A stretch of 64,000 bases of DNA from positions 1,675-65,674 of the forward strand of contig CAYJLI010000005.1 in the NCBI GenBank assembly GCA_964371155.1. The letters run 5' to 3'. Positions 47,521 through 56,189 of the stretch are shown one piece after another; positions within the stretch are counted from its first letter, which is position 1; each line of letters opens with the position of its first letter. This stretch comes from an uncultured Oscillospiraceae bacterium (GTDB lineage Bacteria; Bacillota; Clostridia; Oscillospirales; Ruminococcaceae). Made by a program: the position numbers and the translations under genes. Below the pieces are notes generated by a model, which was given only the letters and a program-made list of their open reading frames with translations, was not told where the DNA came from and did not search any database.

Positions 47521-48093
47521 ATGACACAAAAAGCAAAAAACAGAAGACTCACCGAAAGTGCTATGATGATTGCACTTGCAACTGTACTAAGCTTTGTGCA
47601 GTTTGCCGCACCTTGGGCTAATGGTGGCTCAATAACACTCTTTTCGATGGTACCAATTGCCCTCGTCGCCTATAAATATGGCGTAACTTGGGGAATTTTC
47701 ACCGGTATGACACATGGACTTTTGCAGATGCTAATAGGCATTGGTGGCCTCAGAGGAATTGATCTCACCACATTTATTGCGGCGGTTTTCCTCGATTATA
47801 TCATTGCATTTGGCGCTTTAGGCCTTGCAGGCATCACAAAAAATAGCAAAAACCCCAGCGCTTTGGGATTTGCAGCAGGTGCATTTATAGGCGGACTTGG
47901 CAGATTTGTTTGCCATTTTCTTTCTGGATTTTTACTCTGGGGCTCTATTGCAAACGACGGCTTTGCCGCAGTGGCATTCTCATTCACATACAATGTGAGC
48001 TACATGGGGCCTGAGATTTTTATCACCACACTCGGTGCAGTTTTATGCGCACCAATATTAAAATCTGCTATGGCAAAAACACAGCTTGCATAG
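47521..48093 (+). CDS. thiT: Thiamine ECF-transporter S component ThiT
   Basis: Start at ATG 47521 (MTQKAKNRRLTE) with GGAGG 9 nt upstream; 190 aa, ~6 TM helices, N-terminus typical of ThiT (LTESAMMIALATVLS). Sits directly behind a TPP riboswitch. Confidence 0.85.
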   Translation: MTQKAKNRRLTESAMMIALATVLSFVQFAAPWANGGSITLFSMVPIALVAYKYGVTWGIFTGMTHGLLQMLIGIGGLRGIDLTTFIAAVFLDYIIAFGALGLAGITKNSKNPSALGFAAGAFIGGLGRFVCHFLSGFLLWGSIANDGFAAVAFSFTYNVSYMGPEIFITTLGAVLCAPILKSAMAKTQLA

Positions 48094-48124
48094 CACTTAA
48101 ATTTGATTATTTCTTTCTTCCTTC

Positions 48125-48166
48125 GGGGTGCTCGGTACTTAAACGCCGAGTGCCCCTTCCTATTTT
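48125..48166 (+). terminator. Hairpin after thiT
   Basis: ggggtgctcgg (48125-48135) pairs with ccgagtgcccc (48146-48156), with two G-U pairs, followed by ttcctattttt. Confidence 0.5.
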
Positions 48167-48240
48167 TCTGCGCTTTGTGTAGGATATTCTATGGGCTTGC
48201 CCCATCCCAAAGCATCAAATTTTATTGCATAGCCACAGCA

Positions 48241-48289
48241 AAAAACCTCGAATTTACGCACTAATTGCAATGCATAAATTCGAGGTTTT
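48241..48289 (-). terminator. Intrinsic terminator of the cysteine desulfurase gene
   Basis: aacctcgaattta pairs with taaattcgaggtt (13-bp stem). On the minus strand it is followed by TTTTTT (plus-strand aaaaa at 48236-48242). Confidence 0.75.
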
Positions 48290-48303
48290 AATTTAATCTT
48301 ATC

Positions 48304-49491
48304 TTATTCGTAGCTCTCTCCTGCCACTATCTTCTCCCAGATAGGTGACATAGATCTTAGCTTTTCTATTATCTCAGGAAGTGTTTTTATAACATAGTCA
48401 ATTTCTTCTTCGGTGTTGTATTTGCCCACCGATAGTCTGAGTGAACCATGCGCCACGGTGTGTGTTCTACCTATTGCCATGAGTACATGGCTTGGGTCGA
48501 GTGAGCCGGAGGTGCAAGCAGAGCCGGAAGATGCTGCTATTCCCTTCATGTCGAGCATTAGAAGAAGTGCTTCTCCCTCAACTCCCTCAAAGGATAGATT
48601 GCAAATTGTGGGTAATCTATGTTCACGGCTTCCGTTTAAATAGCTGTGTGGGATTTGCGTGAGCGAGTCTATCAGCTTATCGGTTAGGGCTTTTTTGGCT
48701 GCGTAGCTCTCTTCAAAGTTTTCATACGCATCTTCCATAGCCTGTCCAAGTGCAACGATACTTGCCACATTTTCAGTGCCTGCACGCTTGCTCATTTCCT
48801 GTGCGCCACCGTCCATAAATGTATCGATTCTCACACCTTTTCTGATGTAGAGCGCCCCAACGCCCTTTGGTGCATGAATTTTATGGCCTGTGAGTGCAAG
48901 CATATCAATATTTTGCTCTTGTACATCGATTTTTACATTGCCTATCGCCTGTACTGCATCGGTGTGAAATAGCACGCCTTTTTCTCTGCACACCTTGCCT
49001 ATTTCGGCAATTGGAAGCACTGTGCCTATTTCATTATTTGCATATATTAAAGAAACAAGTGCTGTTTTATCCGTTATTGCATTTGCCACATCTTCAGCGG
49101 TTATTAGTCCCTCGGAGTTTACAGGCAGGTATGTTACCTCAAAACCCTGCTTTTCAAGTGCTTCCATTGTGTGGGACACTGCATGGTGCTCAAAATTTGT
49201 GGTGATGAGATGGGTTTTGCCTTTTTTGCGCATCGCATATGCGCCGCCTTTAATCGCCCAGTTGTCCGACTCTGTTCCGCATCCTGTAAAATATATTTCA
49301 GATGGCTGTGCACCCAAAGCTTTTGCAACTTTAGCCCTTGCTTTTTCAAGCTCTACTTTTGATTCTCTGCCTAATTTATAAACGCTCGACGCATTTCCAT
49401 ACGCTTCAGCATAGAATGGCAACATTGCATTTAGCACTGACTGAGAAACTTTCGTGGTTGCTGAGTTGTCTAAGTAAACAAGTTTATCCAT
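48304..49491 (-). CDS. Cysteine desulfurase (NifS/IscS family, class V aminotransferase)
   Basis: Start at ATG 49491 ([13 protein letters not shown]) with GGAG 8 nt upstream; PLP-lysine region [11 protein letters not shown]; active-site loop SSGSACTSG. Confidence 0.9.
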   Translation of the reverse strand: MDKLVYLDNSATTKVSQSVLNAMLPFYAEAYGNASSVYKLGRESKVELEKARAKVAKALGAQPSEIYFTGCGTESDNWAIKGGAYAMRKKGKTHLITTNFEHHAVSHTMEALEKQGFEVTYLPVNSEGLITAEDVANAITDKTALVSLIYANNEIGTVLPIAEIGKVCREKGVLFHTDAVQAIGNVKIDVQEQNIDMLALTGHKIHAPKGVGALYIRKGVRIDTFMDGGAQEMSKRAGTENVASIVALGQAMEDAYENFEESYAAKKALTDKLIDSLTQIPHSYLNGSREHRLPTICNLSFEGVEGEALLLMLDMKGIAASSGSACTSGSLDPSHVLMAIGRTHTVAHGSLRLSVGKYNTEEEIDYVIKTLPEIIEKLRSMSPIWEKIVAGESYE

Positions 49492-49640
49492 TTTTTTACT
49501 CCATTCCGCCATATTGGCATGGCTTTATTAATTCTCAAGAGATTTTTTGTTATTTTCCCTTTTTCAACTGATATTATACACTCTTTTCGTATACTTTTCA
49601 ATAGGGAAATTAATTTTTTAGAAAATATAATAAAAACCGC

Positions 49641-51008
49641 TTATATCTTCATTAAATTTTCTACCGCAGTAATTATAATTTCCAGTCCATTAAGGAGTGT
49701 ATCTTTTCTCACACCCTCATTTGCACCATGTGCTGTACCAACAAAATCGGGATGGGTTATATCCCTAACATCGGGGCCAAATGCCACCGCTTTTGGGAAA
49801 TGCCTTGCATATGTGCCGCCGCTAATTGTATATGGGGTGCCGTCCTTGCCGGTGATGTCGGTGTAGGCTTTTGTGAGTGCTGCAATTTCGGGGAGTGTTG
49901 GCTCTAAATAAAATGGCTCGTCCATCATGATGCAGGCAGATTTTGCACCAACTTCCGCCACCGCTTTTTCTATTTTTTCTCCAACCCATGCGCCGTTTAC
50001 CTTTGCGGGGAAACGGATATTTACATTTTGGCTTATTTTTTTACCATCGGTTTTTATCATACAACCAACACAGCTAAGTGGTGTAAATACATCGTCCACG
50101 CAGTCCATGCCAATGAGTTTACCGCTTGTATCTGAATGTATTCTGCCCAGTAGGTCAAAATAGGCTTCGTCCTCTTTCTTTATCAGCTTATTATCTATTA
50201 AATATGCCACAAGTTTTGCAATGGCGTTCACAGTATTATCGGGGAATGCCGCATGTCCGCCCTTTCCGCTCGCCATAAGTTTTATGCCGTCGGCGGTTTT
50301 GCTTACTTTTACATACTCGGTATCTAAAAGATTTTCTGCCTCCGCCTTTATTACTGCCTCGGCTCTGTCCGGCACTAAATTTGCGGCTGTGCCTGCGTTT
50401 ATGCTGATGATATTGCTGTTTGGAGAGAGCTCTCCTATCAAATCAAATCCTGCAATCCCCTTTTCACCACAGCAGACGGGGAAGCTTGAGTCGGGTGAAA
50501 AAGCGAAATCCGGCGCTTTATTATTTTTTAAATAATGCACTATATCACTCATTCCCCTCTCTTCGTCGGTACCAAAGAGTGCTTTTAATGTGTGGGGGAG
50601 TTTTTCGCCTTTTTCTTTAAAATATTTCATCAGGTAAAGGCAGATTATCGAGGGGCCTTTATTGTCGATTACACCCCTGCCCAAGAGATAACCCTCTCTT
50701 TCGGTGAGGAGGAATGGGTCATTGTCCCAACCATTGCCTACGGGCACTATATCCAAATGGGTAATGGTGGCTATTTCCTTTTCGCTTTCACCCTCTATAT
50801 ATGCATAACAAACACGATTATCGCAGTTTCCCACTGAGAGCCCCATTTCCTGTGCCCTTTTCATCATGAAGTCAATCGCTTTTTTATTGCCCTCTCCATA
50901 GGGTGCATCAGCGGTGGCTTCACTTGCCACGCTGTCTATCGCTATCAGTGATTTTAAATCTGCTAAAAAACCTGCTTCGTTTGCCTTTATAAATTCTTTT
51001 ATGTTCAT
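49641..51008 (-). CDS. M20A dipeptidase (PepV/Sapep-like)
   Basis: 455 aa with motifs HLDIVPVGNGWDNDPF, RGVIDNKGP and GTDEERG, and a PepV-type C-terminal half. Confidence 0.85.
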   Translation of the reverse strand: MNIKEFIKANEAGFLADLKSLIAIDSVASEATADAPYGEGNKKAIDFMMKRAQEMGLSVGNCDNRVCYAYIEGESEKEIATITHLDIVPVGNGWDNDPFLLTEREGYLLGRGVIDNKGPSIICLYLMKYFKEKGEKLPHTLKALFGTDEERGMSDIVHYLKNNKAPDFAFSPDSSFPVCCGEKGIAGFDLIGELSPNSNIISINAGTAANLVPDRAEAVIKAEAENLLDTEYVKVSKTADGIKLMASGKGGHAAFPDNTVNAIAKLVAYLIDNKLIKKEDEAYFDLLGRIHSDTSGKLIGMDCVDDVFTPLSCVGCMIKTDGKKISQNVNIRFPAKVNGAWVGEKIEKAVAEVGAKSACIMMDEPFYLEPTLPEIAALTKAYTDITGKDGTPYTISGGTYARHFPKAVAFGPDVRDITHPDFVGTAHGANEGVRKDTLLNGLEIIITAVENLMKI

Positions 51009-51046
51009 ATGAGTATCCTCCTTTTTTTATGATTATAACATAGAAT

Positions 51047-51283
51047 ATAGTGAAAAGTGAATAGTGAAAAATGAAAAGTTATGGGGTTTCGCCGCCTGCG
51101 AAACAAAATAAAGTTTTACTCGATTTTTTACAAAAAATCGTGGGGCGTGGGGCAAAGCCCCATAAATGGAAAGGCGAAGCCGAGAAAAGAATATAGCGAT
51201 TTTTGCAAAGCAAAAGAGCGGAGATTATATAGAATTTTAAATGCTGTGGGAAATCCCATTGTAGGGACATGGGTTGCCCGAGG
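51047..51283 (+). repeat. Mosaic intergenic repeat, copy 3: H, small hairpin, A, B, C
   Basis: H 51047-51080 (atagtgaaaagtgaatagtgaaaaatgaaaagtt); hairpin gtttcgc/gcgaaac 51087-51105; A 51113-51163; B 51173-51232; C (reverse complement of the 25-kb C) 51255-51283. Confidence 0.9.
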
Positions 51284-51334
51284 ATTAAGCAGAATTTAAA
51301 ACAACATAAAAACATTTCCCGAAAAACAAAACAT

Positions 51335-51366
51335 CCCCCAACAAAGGCTTTCGCCGATGTCGGGGG
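51335..51366 (-). terminator. Intrinsic terminator of the beta-propeller gene
   Basis: Minus strand cccccgaca pairs with tgttggggg (one G-U pair), followed by atgttttgttttt. Confidence 0.65.
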
Positions 51367-51398
51367 TGCTTTGAAAAAAAATGTTTAAGAAATTAGCA

Positions 51399-53882
51399 TT
51401 AATAAATAAGTGAGGCTATATACTCAAAATCCTCTAAGCTGTATTTGTGTAGGTCTTCCTGTGAAGAGGTGAAAAAATACTCCCCTATATGCAGTGCTCT
51501 GTCGGGGGATATATAGCTGTTTTGCGAGCTAATTCTCGCTACTTCTTCAAATCCGCCCTCTTTATCAAACGCTACTACCACATATCCCATAAAGTATTCA
51601 TTGCTACCGCCGCTTGGATTGGGGTTTGGGGCAGTTGAGGTGGGTGGGCTTACTTGTACAGTCGCTTCATCGCTCGGTGTAGGTTTTACAGGAGCTATCT
51701 CTAATTCTTCATCGCTCTGTATAGGATTTACAGTTAGTTCCTCTTCGGCATATTCGCCGTCGGTGCGTGGAGCTAAAGTGTCCTCTTCGGGGTCGTCAGT
51801 ATTTGGGTTTTCCTTTGCAGGCATAGCCATTGTAGACGCTACTGCCTCCCCTATATTTGACGCCGTAGTGGTCGCTATTATATCATCCCCTACGCTGTAA
51901 TCCTCAAATGGGAATGCTATTATTCCCTTATCGGCATTGTAGTAAAATGCCTTGTGGTCATACATTGCGTAGCTGTAAGTATTATCCCCGAATAGGTATT
52001 TATGGCTTTCGGTGGGGTTTTCAGGGTCGCTCACATCAAAGAGTGAAAGCTTGAGCCCAAGCCCTATCACATTGCCGTATACATCCACCATTGTTTCCTC
52101 GCCTATGCCGATTAGGGTTTCATCATCAATCGGGTGCATATACTCGGAAAATCCTGGGATTTTAAGCTCGCCTAAAACCTGTGGGTTTTTAGGGTCGGAT
52201 AAATCTATTGCGAAGAGTGGATCGGTCTCCCTAAAGGTGACAATATATCCCATGTCCCCCATAAATCGCACCGAATAAATTCTCTCGCCCCTCGCCATAT
52301 TCTCAATTTCACCTATTGTGGTGAGTGTTTCATCGAGTATATATAGATTATTCGAGGTGTTGCCCATCATATCCCTTGAGGTGGTGGCAATTCTAAAATT
52401 ACCCTCGTGCTCATCCATTGAGAACTGGCTTTCGGTGTAGCCCTCTACTGTACCATTTGCCACTGGCATTATATTAACACCATCAAGTGATACCTTTGTG
52501 ATATTCGCTTCATCACTATAACGGGCGGAAACTAAATATAGATTATCTTCCGACATATATATTTCAGAGTAGCTTCCCAAAAATCCTTTTACAGAAGTTT
52601 CACCGCTACTGAGTGAGACAGCCGTCACACTTGTAAACACATCCAAAAACTGCTCTGGCAGTATGAACATATCGCTGAGTGAAATTGGCATTACTCCATC
52701 TTTGCCACCAAAGTATGGCAGAATATCCTCTGGTAAAATAGTGCCAAAATCATCTATCCAAGGCAGAAAATCGGAGGTTATCATATAAATAGTGTCGCCT
52801 ACCATCCTTGAATTGTTGTAACCACCGCTTATATAGTGGTGATTTTTTAGTTTTGGTGTGGTAATGTCGCTTATATCAAAAACCATCACCCCAGTTACTG
52901 AATTATAATCATATTCATTTTCTACATGCCCATTATATATAAGGGCTAAATTATCGCCGTTTACGAATATGTCGATGGTGTATGGATTGTGGTCTGCGGC
53001 ATGCTCAAATGGGTCTATCCATGATACCATCTGCATGCTATCAGGATCGCTTATCACAACCATGCCTTCGAAGTCCACACGGTAGATATATCTGCCGTCG
53101 GTCTTAACTATATCCCCTTCGTCAACCGCTTCTTCTTGGTTGTTGGTGGTGGAGAAGTCCTCGGCAGTTGCACCGCCGCCTATTGATGGGTTGGGTTTGC
53201 TTTCTGTTACTATGTCTTCCATAACAGCACCGTCATCCATACCGCCGCCAGTGCCTGGGTTTGGCGCTCCCTCGGTGCCTTCAAATAGTGGCTCTTCATA
53301 CATATATGAATATTCGCTATTTTCCTCTATATGTGCCATAAACTCTTCAAAGCTTTCGGCAACTACTATTTCAGGCGGAACACTCATGCGTGGTGAAGCG
53401 GCATATGCCTGTGGGGGTTCTTGCTCACCGCCTGCTTCTTCGTTGGTTTCGGCTTCTTCGGTGGGCACAGCTTCTTTCTCCATTTCTGGGCTATCAGTTG
53501 CAAGCTGTGGCGGTGCTTCTTCCATTGTTGCCGCAGAGCTTAGATTATCGTCCGAAGCGCTCTCGCTCACCATATCAAATGGATTTGTGGCAAGCATATA
53601 TGCACTGCCAATAACCGCTGCGAATGCCGCCGCATATGCAAAGGGGGCGTATTTCTTCCAAGGTGTTTTTGCAGATTTGCTCAGTTCTACCACCTTGGGC
53701 TGTTCTTCTATTTTTTCATTTTCGATTTCGCTGTTTTCTTCCTTTAAAGCGTCCTGCTCTACATTTTCAATTAGCGAGAGCAAGCTTTTGCCCATAAGTT
53801 TTTCGGGCAATTCTACTGAGGAAAGCTCTTTTGTAATTAATTCGTCGATAAAATCTTTATCTTTGATGTCATTTATATCCAT
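51399..53882 (-). CDS. Single-pass membrane protein with a large extracytoplasmic beta-propeller domain (Beta_propel family); candidate anti-sigma/sensor partner of the upstream ECF sigma factor
   Basis: 827 aa; GAGGAGG 8 nt upstream of ATG 53882; a ~75-aa cytoplasmic N-terminus, TM YAPFAYAAAFAAVIGSAYMLA, acidic linker, then sequence typical of secreted beta-propeller-domain proteins (DIVKTDGRYIY, RFMGDMGYIVTFRETDPLFAIDLSDP, PGFSEYMHP). The gene begins 16 nt after the sigma gene stop. Confidence 0.75.
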   Translation of the reverse strand: MDINDIKDKDFIDELITKELSSVELPEKLMGKSLLSLIENVEQDALKEENSEIENEKIEEQPKVVELSKSAKTPWKKYAPFAYAAAFAAVIGSAYMLATNPFDMVSESASDDNLSSAATMEEAPPQLATDSPEMEKEAVPTEEAETNEEAGGEQEPPQAYAASPRMSVPPEIVVAESFEEFMAHIEENSEYSYMYEEPLFEGTEGAPNPGTGGGMDDGAVMEDIVTESKPNPSIGGGATAEDFSTTNNQEEAVDEGDIVKTDGRYIYRVDFEGMVVISDPDSMQMVSWIDPFEHAADHNPYTIDIFVNGDNLALIYNGHVENEYDYNSVTGVMVFDISDITTPKLKNHHYISGGYNNSRMVGDTIYMITSDFLPWIDDFGTILPEDILPYFGGKDGVMPISLSDMFILPEQFLDVFTSVTAVSLSSGETSVKGFLGSYSEIYMSEDNLYLVSARYSDEANITKVSLDGVNIMPVANGTVEGYTESQFSMDEHEGNFRIATTSRDMMGNTSNNLYILDETLTTIGEIENMARGERIYSVRFMGDMGYIVTFRETDPLFAIDLSDPKNPQVLGELKIPGFSEYMHPIDDETLIGIGEETMVDVYGNVIGLGLKLSLFDVSDPENPTESHKYLFGDNTYSYAMYDHKAFYYNADKGIIAFPFEDYSVGDDIIATTTASNIGEAVASTMAMPAKENPNTDDPEEDTLAPRTDGEYAEEELTVNPIQSDEELEIAPVKPTPSDEATVQVSPPTSTAPNPNPSGGSNEYFMGYVVVAFDKEGGFEEVARISSQNSYISPDRALHIGEYFFTSSQEDLHKYSLEDFEYIASLIY

Positions 53883-53898
53883 TCGCTTTTCCTCCTCT

Positions 53899-54432
53899 CT
53901 ACGGCCTTTCGCCGATTATGACTCTCAGCTTTGAATAAGCTCTGTGCAGTTTTGAGCTTACTGTGCCGTGCGGCATGCTGAGTATTTCGCCTATTTCTTT
54001 TGTGGTATATCCATTTAGCACCGATAAAATTATTATACTGCGCTCATCTTCGCCTAATTTTTCCATCGCTGTTTGCACAGTCACCTTCACCGAAGTGGAC
54101 TGCTCTACCGAGGAGGCAGTATCCGATATGTCTAAATGCTCCTCAATGTCGTCGGTGGCTCGATCCTTTATATAATCCCCGACTTTTCGCTTGCAGCGTA
54201 TGTATAGTATTCTCATAATCCAAGGCTTGAAACTGCTTTCTTCCCTCAGATTTTTTATCCCCTTATAGGCTTCTATGAATGTTTCGCTAACTATGTCTTC
54301 GGCGTCAAAGCTATTGCCCAAATTGTGCAGTGCCATACGGTATAAATCCGTCGAGACACTGTCATAGAGCTCGGCAAAAGCATTTTTATCGCCTGTTTTG
54401 GCAAGTTTTACTTTTTCGATATCGATTTTCAT
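53899..54432 (-). CDS. ECF-type RNA polymerase sigma-70 family factor
   Basis: 177 aa from ATG 54432 (GAGGTG 6 nt upstream); region 2 (DAEDIVSETFIEAYKGIKNL..FKPWIMRI) and region 4 HTH (YTTKEIGEILSMPHGTVSSKLHRA). Confidence 0.88.
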   Translation of the reverse strand: MKIDIEKVKLAKTGDKNAFAELYDSVSTDLYRMALHNLGNSFDAEDIVSETFIEAYKGIKNLREESSFKPWIMRILYIRCKRKVGDYIKDRATDDIEEHLDISDTASSVEQSTSVKVTVQTAMEKLGEDERSIIILSVLNGYTTKEIGEILSMPHGTVSSKLHRAYSKLRVIIGERP

Positions 54433-54685
54433 TTTAACCACCTCATTTTCGGTGCCATCTATTTAGTGTAGTATGTGTGGCACTTTATTGCATGTATTCG
54501 ATTTTTTTTATGATGTAGTAGTAAATATGAAGATTATTATATATCAAAATAATGTAAAATACAACAGCATTTGGATTTAAGGTGTGATAATAGTGCAAGA
54601 TTATTTTTTATGTGGCTGATAAGCTTAATTTATAAGGGCTTTTTAATTACAAAATTGTTAATTATTAGATATGGGGTAATATAGC

Positions 54686-54714
54686 TTGAAAAAAACGCCT
54701 ATAAATTGTATAAT
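54686..54714 (+). promoter_or_regulatory. Putative sigma-A promoter of the SEDS gene
   Basis: TTGAAA (54686-54691), 17-nt spacer, TATAAT (54709-54714). Confidence 0.45.
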
Positions 54715-54835
54715 AAGCTTCATATGGCAACCGCAAATTTAAAGCCTACAAAAAGCAAAATTCTAATAGTTATAAATGATAAATTAAATCTACTTTCACA
54801 TTTTTGATTGTATGGTTAAAATAAAGGACTTGATT

Positions 54836-55966
54836 ATGAAAAAGTTTTTTTCCGCAGTGGCAAATTTCGTTAAAACAAGCGATTATATAACAATCCTCTT
54901 AGTGCTGATTATTTCGGCATTCGGGGTGATTTCGCTGATGAGCATGAGGGTGTCCGGCCTTGCTACCGAGAGGCAGGTATTAGTGCAGATTTTAGCCACA
55001 GCACTCGGCATAGTTGGTGCACTTATTATGTCTAAGATAGACTATAATTTCATGGCGAAATTTTGGAAACCCATCTGTGGTATAGCATACGCCCTTGTAC
55101 TGCTCACATTTGTGATAGGCATCAGGGTGGGCGATGTGGTTGACGACAGAGCATGGCTTCAGCTTCCATTCGGGCTTACATTACAGCCCTCAGAGATACT
55201 AAAAGCGGCATTTATACTCACCTTTGCACTACATCTTCAAAGGGTGAGTGCGGCTATAAACCGACCCAAAACCCTCCTTGTACTCTGTGCACATGGGGCA
55301 GTTCCAATAATGCTTGTAGTGCTTCAAGGGGACGATGGCACGGCGCTTATTTTCACAAGCATATTTGCCTGTATGCTCTTTGGTGCAGGGCTTAGCTTTA
55401 AATACATAGCGGCTGGAGTTGGAGCGGCGGCGGCATCACTGCCGATACTCTGGTATTTCATACTTAGCGACTATCAAAAGCTGAGGGTACTCACCGTGCT
55501 AAACCCAGAGCTTGACCCACAGGGGATTGGATGGCAGCAGCTAAATGGACTGCTTGCACTCGGCTCAGGACAGCTTTGGGGCAAGGGGCTTTTTAGAGAA
55601 GATCATCACCCCGTGCCGATGATATACAACGACTTTATATTCACTTTTGTAGGCGAAGCAATGGGGTTTATAGGATGCTTTGCGCTAATTTTGCTCATAG
55701 GAAGCCTTTGTGGAAGAATGCTTTACACTGGCTTTAAAATAAAGGACGACATGGGCAAATTCATCTGCATAGGAGTGTTTGCAATGTTTGCTTCACAGAC
55801 AATACTCAATGTGGGGATGTGCCTTAGTGTGCTTCCGGTTATCGGGATTACACTGCCGTTTGTTTCCGCAGGGGGGACATCCGTGGCGGTGTCCTACATA
55901 GGAATTGGGCTGGTGCTCAGCGTATATTCGCATAATAGAAAGGCTCTTTTTGAAGTGAGCAGGTAG
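54836..55966 (+). CDS. SEDS-family peptidoglycan glycosyltransferase (FtsW/RodA/SpoVE)
   Basis: Start at ATG 54836 (MKKFFSAV) with AAAGGA upstream; 376 aa, ~10 TM helices; conserved stretches (LQPSEILK, NDFIFTFVGEAMGF, LPFVSAGGTS). Confidence 0.88.
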   Translation: MKKFFSAVANFVKTSDYITILLVLIISAFGVISLMSMRVSGLATERQVLVQILATALGIVGALIMSKIDYNFMAKFWKPICGIAYALVLLTFVIGIRVGDVVDDRAWLQLPFGLTLQPSEILKAAFILTFALHLQRVSAAINRPKTLLVLCAHGAVPIMLVVLQGDDGTALIFTSIFACMLFGAGLSFKYIAAGVGAAAASLPILWYFILSDYQKLRVLTVLNPELDPQGIGWQQLNGLLALGSGQLWGKGLFREDHHPVPMIYNDFIFTFVGEAMGFIGCFALILLIGSLCGRMLYTGFKIKDDMGKFICIGVFAMFASQTILNVGMCLSVLPVIGITLPFVSAGGTSVAVSYIGIGLVLSVYSHNRKALFEVSR

Positions 55967-55982
55967 GTTTTTATTATGATTA

Positions 55983-56061
55983 CCCTGCATGGCAAGGCGA
56001 GGGCAATAATTATAATCATTTTTAAATTTCGCAAAATCTTCTGACATGGCAACCCATGTCC
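55983..56061. repeat. Two mosaic-repeat fragments (module C-like) in the SEDS-glmU spacer
   Basis: ccctgcatggcaaggcgagggc (55983-56004) shares catggcaag with 25285-25293. gacatggcaacccatgtcc (56043-56061) is the reverse complement of ggacatgggttgcc in 51265-51278. Confidence 0.55.
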
Positions 56062-56189
56062 AAAATAATACTTAAGTCTATTAAAAAGCAGTTTTTCTCC
56101 CCACCCAAAGATGATGAGAAAAACATGGCACAAACATGGCAGTTTTATAGTTATGTTTGTGCTTTTTAGAGAAAGGAATGGTCATATTT

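Noticed and set aside
53140-53934. 264-aa plus-strand ORF antisense to the beta-propeller gene
   Set aside because: Its Ser/Ala/Gly-rich low-complexity translation is the mirror image of the acidic, GAA/GAT-rich coding strand. It has no SD and lies entirely within a much better supported gene.
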